From Catajapyx aquilonaris (lineage: Eukaryota): DNA of 61,536 bases. Numbering within the stretch: position 1 is the stretch's first letter; the number at the start of each line of letters is the position of its first letter. The notes beneath the pieces were generated by a model, which saw only the letters and a list, made by a program, of their open reading frames with translations, searched no databases and was not told the origin of the DNA. The stretch covers positions 1 to 61,536 of the forward strand of contig JYFJ02002200.1 of the NCBI GenBank assembly GCA_000934665.2, written 5' to 3'. Shown here piece by piece: positions 13,148 through 26,000 of this stretch. The position numbers and the translations under genes are program-made.

Positions 13148-16100
13148 TATATGTACTTCACAATGGTATTTTTAGTATCAGCAACATCAAGGTGACAAGT
13201 AGTTGCTGTGCAGGTGGGTAACTAGAGAGCAGTGTGAAAGAAACAGGATAACAAAGGACAGGTGCTAATAGGGTCTGGTTAGGCTTGGAGACTATTGCAC
13301 ATATATTTATTCACCAAGTGATGATTTTTTAGATCCACACAAACAGCCAAGTATAGCCATCGCTAACAAATTAATCACTCAAACCGTCGGTTCTTGTTCT
13401 AATTAGATGACTAGTCCCTTCTCCCAACACCCCCTTTGGTAAAGTAAACTTAAGCAACACGTTTAAAAAAAACACTGAAAACACATGCACTTTTGAAAAG
13501 AGGACAAGGGGAGTTTCAGGACAAAAGAGTGTTTATGAGCGGCAGGAGCATGGAAATAAGGGTAATAAGAAGAGATGAGCTCCCTGCTCTTGGGGAGGAT
13601 TATAGGCTTGGGTGGAGGGTGGCACAGAGACAAGGGGAGGATAATCAAATCCACATTTAGCCTAGGGCTTGTGCCTGATGCCAAGGGAGAAAGCTGAATT
13701 TGTTCTCAACTTTGATCCGGGTTCATGTCTCCATGCCAGTTCAGGATCATTCAGTTGGGATTATCCCTCTTTATATGGATACTGCCTTTATTAATAAAAT
13801 AGGGCTGATTCCCACCACCAGCAGTGTAGGGTGGGAAAAATAGTAACCGCAGATTCATGTCATATACACAGTGTGCTTATGCTATAAATCCTTAGGGAAG
13901 ATCAACTGATTTATAAGAATCTGCATCCTATACAGTATAGCATCACCTTGATGGGTATGAAATCAGGCGTGTATCCATTAAATTTTATCACATTTTGTCC
14001 ATCCATTCACGATCCGCAACCAAATATGTGGAGTTCATCTTAAATTAATCACCCTGCATAAAATCCACAGCCGGAGATTAGGAGAGTGAAAATCCGATGT
14101 TTTTATGCCCAACCATGCACCTAAAGGACATTGGCCAGAAAAAAGAGTAGGCCTAATGGCAAAGTGTGAGGTCATTCTGCGCTGTGAGCAATGTGCTAAA
14201 ATTGTGATGCTACAAATAATGTAGATGTTATAATAATAATAATTTATATAGTGGCTTTAAAGAGATTGGGTATTTGCCTTGCAAAATGAAGGGCGGTTTT
14301 GACCCATAACAATTTGATTTAGTAACAAAAGCACTAGTTGGATTTCCAGACACGTTGTTCCATTAATTAATTATGCTCCAGAGTATAAATTAAGTCAACA
14401 CAGATCTTTTAGGTGCTCTAACAATCGTGGAAACATATACTTGCCGCCGGAGCAGGATATACGTGACTGTGCAATTATTATTATAAACTTGCAAATTATT
14501 GATCCCTGAATCCTATTCAATAGACTAAGAGCTCAACTCATTATTTAAAATTTTATTCTAAAACGCGAATGTGAAATGTGTGCATACGGGCAAAATAGTT
14601 TTCACTCTGGCTTAACTTGGATTAAGCGAGGGAATTTTTTGTGGCCATTTTATATTACCAGCATACACATATAGTGCATTGACGGGTTGTGTACACAGGT
14701 GAATGGGTGCTCCCCAATGGTGCCATGACAGGCAAACAAAAACAAGTTGAATTTTGTACCCATGAGGGTGAAAATTGCAGCATTCAAAGGCTTCACAATG
14801 ATGCATTCAAAATTTTTTAACAAGCTTGAATGCATTTTGCATGCCATTAACGAAGTGTAAAACACGATGAAAGGAAGGCACAGGCTATTGTCCTAACCGT
14901 TATTGGCCAACTTTTTATTCTTCCCGCAGATAGGTACACGCTTCCAATCATCGATTTTTATTCAATCACGAAAATAAAAAAACTTACAATCGAGCATGTG
15001 TTTGTACCAAACCCATGAGATATCCCCCCCTCCCTCCAATGGAAATGAAGTGCAGCGACAATAAGAGGGGCGTATGCAGACAAGTGTGGGAAGGTTTGAT
15101 CGTATGGGGTGCGATGATGCGGTCCAGATTGGAGCTCATCATGAGATTCTCCCTGGAGGCCATCTCACCCTCCATTTCCATCTGAATCCGCGTGTGCGAC
15201 CACCGATCGTCAGTTGTCGAGCGAGGGAATCCAGAGGGTTCTTCCCCCCCACTCATTTCAATCAATCCCCACCACTTCTGATCCGGATTTTAATCGGTGC
15301 CATTAGGGCCACCAACCAATTTATTATGGTTGTTCCATGCCAGACCGGTATAATTATACAAGCTACTTAGGGATCGAGTGTTTGGCAGGAGTTCTACCAG
15401 GTGGCCTTCGGGGTTTTTGCAACATGGCGGCATGGCGGACCCCCCAAATATTCGTGTGCTCACCCTGGGAACAAACCCGCGGGTTCTGTTACCACCAAGT
15501 CCCAAGCTGTCGCCCCGACCACCAGTTCAGATAAGCGTGGTAAATTGATTNGGGGGGGACGCTCATCTTCATACATTGCTGCCAATTCAACTTTTGTATT
15601 GATGCGGCACAAGGCCCAACTCTTCCTCCCAGCAGTTTGCGTGGGACTCGTGGCATTTTGCTACCAGATTGACATTGTGTAAGTGTTTGCTCTCACAACA
15701 AGAATGTTTGATTACCACAAAAGAAACATTGAACTGTGCTAACACATTTGATAAGGGATCACATATGTAACTTTTTGACAGCCTGCATCGCCAATTATAA
15801 ACCACATTACAATGTTTGCTCTGAAATCACTGATCATTTTTGTTCTAGACTGTACATATGATGCTGCAGGAAGCAGGTTACTACTGCATTGAATATGAGT
15901 GACAGATCAAGTGGGCCAAAAGGGGAGAGTTGAATTAATACTGCACGATTGAGATGAGACAGCTGTGCCCTATTCAAATGACCCATCCGCATAAGGTACT
16001 TGCAGCTTAGTAAGTAGGCGTAACTATATATAGGTAAGTCCTGAACGTGAGCCAATAAGAGTTAGGAGAGGGAGTGGTCGTGGTGTAATGGGCCCAAGGA

Positions 16101-16706
16101 AAGCGGGGAATGTGTATGAAAAGGAGCTAGGGGAAGTGGGCGCCGTTAATTCTGTTTGGCCTCCTCCCCAGCGGCCTTTTCCGCCATTAATAATTCCCTG
16201 TTTGTCTTCCCATTTCTTGAACCAACATCGCCCGCCCAGCAGGCCGAGAGCAGGGCTGCTGCTGCCGCTGTTTGCCCTTCTCCTACCCTAGCTTCTTCCT
16301 CTTCTTCTTCTCTTCCTTCGCCTCCTCTTTTACCAGTTACAGCCTCCTCTCTTATTCCAAACCGCTTGAATTATTAACTGAGCCTTCGCCTTGTGTTCCT
16401 AATGGATTAAGCTCCAGCCTTTTCCGACTGGGTAAAACTCTCTCTCTCTCATGGCTTCCTCGAGCATGGGTGGTCCCCATGCATGCGCAGTTATACTTTG
16501 CCTTTGACGTTTTGAAGTGGAGGAGGTTAGCGTTATTTGAATCTGTAAGGTAACGTTTTTCAGATCTAATGAGAGATTTGAACCCCCCCCCCCCCACCAC
16601 CACCACCACCGTCCCTTCATAGGCGTTGCAATTTTAGGAGATATATGAGAGAGGTGAAAGTACCGGATGGAGGAAGTGGAGGGCAAAGGTAAACGGGATT
16701 GTGGAG

Positions 16707-16774
16707 GAGAGGATGTGAGGGGGTGTGGGTGGGGATGGGGGAGAGGATGTGAGGGGGTGTGGGTGGGGATGGGG
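16707..16774 (+). repeat. Tandem 34-bp G-rich duplication
   Basis: GAGAGGATGTGAGGGGGTGTGGGTGGGGATGGGG x2. Confidence 0.85.
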
Positions 16775-19700
16775 GAGAGAGTTAAGAGAGAAATGGCCGG
16801 GAGCACTTATTGAAGTGTTTGCTCGGGCCAATATCCCAAGGCCAAAGCTGGATGGAAATCCCGTGTTCTTTCGCCAAAATGAAGACCTCTGGGAAAGTCT
16901 CAAGGTGCCAAAACAAAAGCTCTGTCGCTCAGCTATCACAACCTCCAGTTTCTGTATTTCCTTCCCACTTTCTCTTTATTAAAATCTGCTTTTACACTCT
17001 GACCTGAATAGCTCGGCGCAAAATTACTGCCGAACTTATATCACACGAATCACCATATGATCGACAATACATCAGTTTTGGATAGGTCAAGTAGTGCATA
17101 TGACACATCAGAGTATGAGTTTCACAAAAAAATAATTAATTGATCATTTTCTAAATGATCATCACATGCCATCTCCTGCTTATCCTGCACTAGCGGCAAC
17201 CTACATTGCAGCTTAGAGATGCGGAAGAGTATTGGTCAGGGGTAAATTAGTTTATTCGCTATTCATGGTTAGAAGGTGGTCACTAACTTCCGTATGTGGT
17301 TCAGATAAGATGATCTTTTGACCTACTGTGCATCATTTTTGTATTGCGGTGTTCAAAGGATATTGAGTTTTGGTTGTTACCGTTGCGGGAATATATTTTG
17401 TGGGAATCACCCATATGATGTCTAGAATATTCACTATACACGTAACATAATCTTACGTAATTGCCATCGCGCTCTGTAATTAAACCCGGGAGGCAAATAT
17501 GATAATGAGAACAGGGAGTGTACTTATGGGGCCTAGTTTAATTAAAGTTAATTTATGTAATGCTATTATTTCTGTAAAGGTGACTTGGCCTTTATATTGT
17601 TTGATGTTATTGTGTTTTGGTGTTTAGGAATGCAAATATTTATTATGGTATTAATGTAAACAAATGTTATGGCATTTAATTTTTTACCTTAATATAGTCG
17701 AAGGCATCGCTTTACCCGCAGCAAATCCGGGACTTAAGAATCACCCTGTATACTCTGCAAGAAAAGTTTGCACGGAGCTAATCGACTGGCTCTATTGTCA
17801 TGCCTTAGGGCCTGCGTCATGGAGAGTAATTCAAGTTCTCCCCTGCCAGATATTTAAATTCAGTTATTACTTGAGCTTAATCAAAGTGTGCCTCATGGCA
17901 AGTTTGCCACCGATTAAATCCTATAGGTAAATGTGTTTAATGGGAATCACTGTATGGATCAGGTTTCAAATTGAAACAGTTGCACTTAAGAGCTCCGCTT
18001 TTATTCCGGAATGCAGAATCGCACATTATGCATATAATGACTTGCATAATTACGTTTGCAACACGACAGAAAATTACAAATGACATAATACAGGGTGTCT
18101 CATCTTTTTTTGTCCGAACAGTTATCGGAAAATTGCGCGTAGCTGCTACTTTTTAAGCAGTGACTTGCAAACGGTGATTTGTCGGAGGAATGGGGAATGG
18201 GGAAAAAGAAGGTCACACATCCCATGGCATGTGTGACCCTCTTTTTTGCAGGCTTGACCCTCAATTTTCAGCGGGCAGCACGTATGCCACTTCAACCTAC
18301 GATTCCCCATTCCTCCAAAAAATCACCAATTTGCAAGTCACTGCTTAAAAGTAGCAGTTTCAATGCACTTTTTTCCCTATTAGCTTCGTACTTTTATAAT
18401 GACTCGCTGAGCATAGTAAAAAGTTCCTAGAAATTGAAAGACACAGCCAGACACAGCAAACCAAAAATGAAATAGTCTCACACTACTTATCATAGGTTTC
18501 GGCCCAATATATTCTAGAACCATGCAAGGAGCAACCATCAACAGTTCAGTATTTTTAAAAATAGGTTTTCATTGGGAGAGTGCTGATGGGTAGTGGTAGT
18601 AATAGTACATAGTAGTAGTAGTAGTAAAAAAAATCAACTACGATAAAAGACTCAATCCGTACGATATGACTAAACATGACGTGACTCCATGTATGCATTA
18701 CAAGTATATCACCGTGATAGTCACTTGACAGACATATCCCCGAACAGTTATTATACGAACAGATCTGATAAGAGCACCGAGAGTAAGTACTATTTGTCTA
18801 CTAATTCCATAAGAAAAGCTCAGCTCGGATTCGCACGCGACATGTCGCGAAAAGAGCGTTAAAGGTAACAATGAAATGCATTTGTCCTCCCACCCCCCCT
18901 CCCCCCTGCCAGTCCCCCCCCCCTTACAGTGCAGGTGAGTGCGTAATGTGATTACGTTTTCTGAGCAATTGGGATGAGGAAGCAACATACGCTGCCATTG
19001 TGCCTGCGCAGGAAAGCATGAATGTTTCATTCCCCCACTTATAGGGTCACCCACTCTTTTCTTACCCGCACTTAATCCTAATTATTTGCCTTTTCCCTCA
19101 CCCCCCATTGTTGTGTACATAATGCTTCTGCAATCAATTATCTTTTTCATGATTTCCATTCCCCCCCAAGTCTAGAGAAGAACTTCAAAAATTGTAAGGT
19201 ATGCACCTTACAATTTGGAGGAATCATATGCGTTACTGTATATGTACGACCAACCTAAAACGAAAAAAAAAAATATATAGGCAGTGAGTAAGTGCAAGGG
19301 GGGTGCTTGATGGGCGCGTGTTCGCCCTTTGATCTCACCCCCTATGTGCTACTATATAATGCATCAGGTTGGGGAAAAAGAGAGGAGAGGACGTGACATG
19401 GTCGAGACCACTGCGCACTGCATATTCCATTGCATGACTTACCATGATTATAGTCGTACCCGTTAAGACAACGTGTACCTCGTATTACTTTTTATGTTTG
19501 GCTCACAATATGCATATTATGGGATATTAGGAATGGGGATATAGATTTTTTTTTGTGCTAGGTACAACAACAACAAAAAAAACTGGGAACGCTTTGTTGG
19601 GAAGAGGGGGGGGGGGGGGGNTGGGAGCTTGGGAAGGCTCGATCGTTTTTGACGGACGTTAATGAATTGTCCGTTCGGCCACTTTGGGAAGCGCGGGAAC

Positions 19701-20846
19701 TTGGGCGTCCGTTCCTTTGTCAGCTTCACCGACTTTTTTTTTTTTTTTTTGCCGTCCCGTTTTTCCCCTCCACTCAACGAGTCCAATATCCCCTATGCAT
19801 TTTATGAGTGTAATGTATTAAACATAGTTGCTGTATTTGCCATTAGATGGGGACGTTGTGCAGGGTATGCCATCACAGTATTGCCTAATGATAATGATTG
19901 CACAAGTATGTGCGGGTTCAAGGAACTACAATTAAAAAGTAGAGTTGCGAATCATGAGTCATAACGTAGAGGTTAACGTAAGGAGGAAAATTATCTACAT
20001 TTTGCATAGGCGGCATACTGCATATTTTTTATGAGTCTATTCAAATGATTATGGCTCTATTATAGGCAGATAAAGCATTGATTACCCAAGTAATATTTGT
20101 CAGATTGTGTTAAAATTATAGAACATTGTGTTAAACAATGTACTCCCACATTATTACTATATTATGAAATGAGAGAGAGGGCTCTAAAATTTTCCAGGGA
20201 AAAATCCCCTTACAACCTTGTAGAACAGATGATTAATAATTAAATGCAAAATAGGGTCTAAGGCAACTTTATCTCGTTTCACATAACATGCGTCTTGGAC
20301 ATCGACCGAAATAGCGTGGGAGAAATGCAACTGTATGGAGTTCGTTTCGCAAATTGAAAGGCATGGGCGAGGGCATGCGTCTGTCTCTCGTTTCTTTATT
20401 GTTCAGCATTATAATTTTGAAAGTGACGCAAGCTTCCAAGTTTCTAATGGGGGAAGATGGGCACTCCGAAATTGAATTAAAAATTCATTATACGGAATAA
20501 TTGCGAAAATCATAGGATTGTTGCAAAAAATTGTAACCGTAATACTAGTGCATGTTCGATGTTCCCCCTGGGGAGCATAAATCGCCTGCACATGTCAGGG
20601 GTAAAATGTGCTTATTTCTGTGCCGTGCATGGTTTTCTTGTAGCTGGATAGGCAAACTTCTTTTATGCATAATCAAGACGGCCCGAAATGCAGAACAGTC
20701 ATATATAACTGATTTGGAGATATGATGGAAGGAAGTTATTGCTGCACTGCGTCCCTTATGGGGTGTACTAGTACTATTTTCAGAAAGTTCTCTAGGGGGC
20801 TGTAATTTCTCTATCAGAATCTGACTTGACCCTCTTTCAAGGACTA

Positions 20847-20996
20847 CACTCTAAGAAATGTCCGGGTTAAATAACCATGACTAAGAAATGTCCGGTTTAA
20901 ATAACCATGACTAAGAAATGTCCGGGTTAAATAACCATGACAAAAGTGATCTTTTTTCCGGGATAAATACATTTAACCCGGACATTTCTTAGAGTG
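20847..20996. mobile_element. MITE family B with three internal 30-bp tandem repeats
   Basis: TA|CACTCTAAGAAATGTCCGGGTTAAAT ... ATTTAACCCGGACATTTCTTAGAGTG|TA; CTAAGAAATGTCCGG(G/T)TTAAATAACCATGA x3 at 20851-20940. Confidence 0.85.
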
Positions 20997-21044
20997 TATA
21001 TTCAACACTTGACCAAAATGTGACTGATCAGTGTGTAGTTCATA

Positions 21045-21368
21045 TCTATATAAATAAAGCCGTTTGTGAGTCTGTCTGTCTGTCTGTCTGCCTCTCTGTC
21101 TGTCTGTCCGCCTGCCAACCGTCATTTGCCTCCATCTGTGCTCCACCCCCAGGCCGGGAGACGATGGAGGTGTTGGGGGTTGACTACAGATGGCAGGCAA
21201 ATGACGGTTGCCGTTATACAGGCGGGAGAGGTTGAAGGTGTTGGAGTAGCAGGACCACAGATGGCATTGGTGGCCGGACACACAGAAAGACAGACAGTTG
21301 ACGGGGGTACTGGCAGGTGTTTCCCCTTCATTCATTTCTTCCCGGGCAACGCCGGGTGCCGCAGCTAG
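21045..21368 (+). mobile_element. Non-autonomous Helitron
   Basis: A|TCTATATAAATAAA 5' end, (TCTG)n, 3' hairpin CCCGGGCAACGCCGGG, and CTAG|T terminus. Confidence 0.85.
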
Positions 21369-22112
21369 TCTTCAATAAATATGAAACAGTGAATGGAAAT
21401 TTGAATACTGAATATATGGAAAAGCGATATTGTTTTCATCAAACTTGTGCTCGTATAAATTTATTAATAATTATAATAAATACGAAGCTGTTTAATTGTC
21501 CCCTGTTGGTATAGCACAATTAGATGATGAAAAGTGCGAATGATTAGATCCTGCTATAGCAGCAGGTGAATGGTGGTCGACGGTGATTCAGGCCATTTAA
21601 GCCTTTTCCGGCCCAGCAGTCACCCCAACAGTGATGCATCGGCGAAACGGTTCCGGGAGATGGATCCCAATATCACACAACAGCAAAGTGGAGCCCTCAA
21701 CCCTCCTTCCATCGTGCGCTAGAAAGATGGACACGTGACCATCGTCACGCCACCTACCATTTTTTTTATCTGTTTTTTTTTTTGTGGCTAGGGGGTGATA
21801 TGTGCTTGTGGGATTCTTCTTCCGGAACTGAGTTGCATGTTCATTGAATACTCAGCCTAATTCCCGGAAGAGCAAGGGGGGGAACTTTATGTTCATTTTG
21901 TGCTACTTGTCATTTGTGTATAGGGGTGTGAACTTCACAAATCGGGTATTCCGGGTTTGAATTTGTTTGTGGAGTACTGTAGTGTGTTTTCTAGATAAAT
22001 ATCAAAATGTTGGTTTTGAAATTGATGATATTTTAGTTGTAGCCTATTATACAGTAGTAGAAATGGGATAGGTAATCTAGCGCTGGTGTACATAAATATA
22101 AGTATTTTCCTA

Positions 22113-22236
22113 CACTCTTAACCATTTACCTTCTCTAGAGAGGGTAAGAAAGTGGCCATTTTTTACCTTACATTGTAGGGTAAATATTCTTGGGTAAATT
22201 GATTCTAAGGTAAATTTTGCATGTATTACCTTAGAA
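22113..22236. mobile_element. MITE family A, partial copy (one arm)
   Basis: TA|CACTCTTAACCATTTACCTTCTCTAGAGAGGG..., near-identical to the left arm of 23550-23839. Confidence 0.8.
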
Positions 22237-22960
22237 TAATATATTGAAATTGAATGCAATTGACAAATTGTGTCGAAAATGGGTTACCGGTATCCCCCAA
22301 GTTCATTGTTGCCACTGCTAAACACCATCATGGTAACAATGGGGATGTAATTTGGTACTAATAAATCAGCGTATAGAATGAAATGACCTAGGTCTCCTAG
22401 GTGCCCTTTTACTTCAACTAGAGCAAGTAATTTGGGCGTTGTAAGGTTTTGAATATTTCTCTTTCGTTCGTACAATTGGCCAATTTCTATTCAACTCCCA
22501 AGACCTTGACTGAAGGACAGAGATCCTGAAAAATTAGGAATAAAACTATTGTTGACAGCTGATGATGCAATGTTAAATGAACGAGATTCTTTTGTCATTT
22601 CGAAGGTCAAAGTGAAGGGGGAGGTGCACACTGGTCCATCCATACCCACAGATTGCATATGATCGTAAGTGATCAATAGCCCACGCAAGGATGATTGTAA
22701 CAATAAGAGCATGCTTAACACAGGTCATGTCAAGCCTGCATCCAACACTGTGGTGACGACCAATGACAACCTTCATCCTGAGCGTTATTTCAGATGGCAG
22801 CAGGTCGAGCAGAGGACGCTGTAGGGCGTGGCCGACGGTCCTGATGTCAGTGCCGGAAGCTGCTGCTTTAGATTGACAAGGCAAAAAGGTGGACCAAATT
22901 TACCTGACAAGAATGCTCATCGTTGAGCTCTCACGCACATCCTGTGTTTGGCCCGCTACT

Positions 22961-22992
22961 TATTTAAGGTCCAGTGTATGTCTCTTCTCAAT
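22961..22992 (+). promoter_or_regulatory. Putative core promoter of gene 1 (TATA-like plus Inr-like)
   Basis: TATTTAA at 22961 and TCAAT at 22988-22992 (~29 nt spacing), followed by a short non-coding exon ending at donor AG|GTGAGG (23029). Confidence 0.45.
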
Positions 22993-23093
22993 ATACAACA
23001 GGGACAGTCTATCTGAAATAGGCAAAAGGTGAGGTTCAGCATGTTATATCTGCTCTGATATTGATGGTCAATTTGTTGCAGTCACCTGTTACC

Positions 23094-26000
23094 ATGAAGT
23101 GGATTTGTTTGCTGTTGGGGGCATGTGCGTTGGTGTGTGGTGTGATGGGCAGCAGCGAGGACGACGACTGCCATGTTGGAGCACGCGAACGAGCTTCTCT
23201 TCGTCGGACATGCCAGGACGACTCGTGTCCCTCAGAACCGAGAACCATGCAGGAGTGTTGTGTCTGTACCGGAAAGTGCTGCTCTGACGGTATGGTTTTC
23301 TGTAATGCATAGTGATGGGTGTCTAATTCGCACTGATTCTTTGTGCAGATAATGATAGAGACTCGGGCAGTAGTCGCAGCAAGCGAAGCAGCGAGAAATC
23401 TAGTAAGATTACAATAAAAAGCAGTCTAGTCTATTCATACATTACAAACGTTTAATGATCGAATCATTGACTCAACAATTTATACTAAGTGAGAAACACG
23501 ATGATGCGATCACTAAACGTTTGTGCCGTGTGGTTGGACCTACTGCGTACACTCTTAACCATTTACCTTCTCTAGAGAGGGTAAGAAAGTGGCCATTTTT
23601 TACCTTACATTGTAGGGTAAATATTCTTGGGTAAATGGATTCTAAGGTAAATTTTGCATGTATTACCTTAGAAAATAGAGGGTAAAAGGGCCTCTTTTTT
23701 ACCCTTTATTTTCTAAGGTACCGTAATACATGCAAAATTTACCTTAGAATCAATTTACCCAAGAATATTTACCCTACAATGTAAGGAAAAAAATGGCCAC
23801 TTTCTTACCCTCTCTAGAGAAGGTAAATGGTTAAGAGTGTATACGTAAACGATATGCCTGAGGGGAGAAATATAATAGTGTGTTTATTTTTCAGGTGATG
23901 CCTATACCTTTGCTGATAATTCCAGTTCTACCGGTCAAAATCAGGATATGACTGCAACAGGAGGTAAGATTTCAAATCAAGTACACAGGCACTGACGAAG
24001 TCCCAAGTTCAAGAGGTATGTAGGTGAAGATGAAGTTATGGATTGTTTATTCCAGCAACCAGTTGTGATTGTTGGATCTCTTTAAACTGTTTGCTAGAGG
24101 AAGCAATTCAAACATCATCGCCTATCCACCTCTTGAACTGATTTGGGCTGTGCACCATCCTGTTTGTATATGGCCTCGGACATTTAGTAATAAACTATTT
24201 ATGACATTTACAGGTGGAAATAATCAATCTGGTGGGAACGGTGGAAAGGCAAAGAGAGGTAAAAAAAGAGAATGTTCCGACTAGAGTGTCTCATTCATCA
24301 AAATGTGCAGCTATATGCTATGGAAGTAGCATTAACATTTAAGTTTTATTTTAAAGTAAGTTAATAAATGTTTCAAAGTGCTTGGACATTGCGGCAAACG
24401 GGAACTTTTAACATTATAATGTTCAAAGTTAGCTCAATTTTGGGTAAAATATGAGAGAGTGGTGTAATAATAACTGTGTATACCATTCAAACTTTTTATG
24501 GCATAACGTGGTGTTTTGAAACTGCCAGCACATTAAACATGCTGATATGGTGATTCAGAAATTTATAATCACAAAGGTGGAATAGTATATGCCTTCCTGT
24601 GGAATGTGCTTACTGCACGACCAATCTTTTTCATTTACTATTCTCATTTTATTAATTTCTGGAAGAGGTAAGCGGTTGCACAACTTCAGGTATAATAGTG
24701 TAACTTACTACGGCTTTATTCCCGTTGAGAAACTGCTACTAACAGGGATAAATCCGAAGTATATGAAAAATGCTTGATTTATCATTATTGATTGCTTTTA
24801 AACATTAACCAGGCCCTTAAATGTCCGTCTGATAGCAAAATATGCTACATTATGTATTCGAAAGTTGTGCTTCAAGACATCCCCGAATATCAGTAGACTA
24901 TTATTAAGCAAAAAAAATAAATTGTAATAACTGCTACTACTAAACTGCTACTAAACTCATTTCCATTACCAGGAGCTCCTCCAAATAATCAGACCAACTT
25001 TGAAGAAGACGCCACAAGGTTCCTTTCCAAACGTGACGCTGGGGACAGCTCTGGAAGTAATAAATAGTGTATAATCAATTGGTATGTAGAGTAACACTGT
25101 ATAAAAACATTTATAAACTTTCACAGATGGAAACAAATCCAGCAATGCTAGCAGGAGCAAACGAGGTGAGCTTCTAAGACATTCCAAGTAAAACATATGG
25201 CTAGCAAGAGTTTTATTGCATTACAGCAACCTCCGGTAACAACCAGACGATGTTTGAAGACGATCAAGTAATTATCTCGAAGCGCGATGCAGGTTCAGGT
25301 CAGTTATTTATGGTTCTCAGATTCTCAGATCAAGAAGTTATGGATTGTTTAGCACAACAACCAGTTTATACCTAAAGATATCAACTTACATAGGTTCCTT
25401 GCGATATTCCTAGACAAAGTTGATCTAGATGAATTTTGTGATTTTCATTTCATTACGGAGATACTCGCGTATTAATTTTCATTTTGTCATGCACGTGAAC
25501 AATAGGAGTTATCCTGGGCGTTAGGCCAACCACAATGCATGGGGCGTTAGGGGTTGTATAACTGGCAGGATGACCTCTATTATTCACATGCATGACGTAA
25601 TGAAGCGGAAACCTCCAAAATCAACGAAGTTATTTTCGTCTTTGTATATCATTAGAACCTACGTCACAGGATAGGTGGTGCAAAATTGGGTATTTTGCAC
25701 CACCCTTTAGGGAAGCACCAATCAGATCCAGATTCGCTAGTAGCTTCTCATTACACTGGTTGCTGGGGTATATAATTAATAAATTCTTCAATGCCACTTC
25801 AATATGGGGTAGTGCCAAGGGGTTAGCAACTCCCTGGAACCGGTGTACACACTGGCCAAGGAACCAGGTGGAACCGGCTTGGAACCGGCCTGGAACCGGC
25901 CTGGAACCGGGTGGAATCAGCCTGGAACCGGCCTGGAACCTCCCGGTTCCAGGATCTGGTGTACACTTTTTTGGGGAGTTGCTAACCCCTTGGGTAGTGC

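Noticed and set aside
20851..20940. Three 30-bp direct repeats resembling a CRISPR array
   Set aside because: No spacers, eukaryotic context, and the repeats lie inside a MITE.
22606..22823. Apparent 59-nt intron (22665-22723) between two exon-like pieces upstream of gene 1
   Set aside because: No consistent frame, start codon or upstream exon found.
23989..24015. Possible extra 27-nt exon in gene 1 (TDEVPSSR)
   Set aside because: It would need a 25-nt upstream intron, far below the ~50-nt minimum seen elsewhere here; possible only as a mutually exclusive exon.
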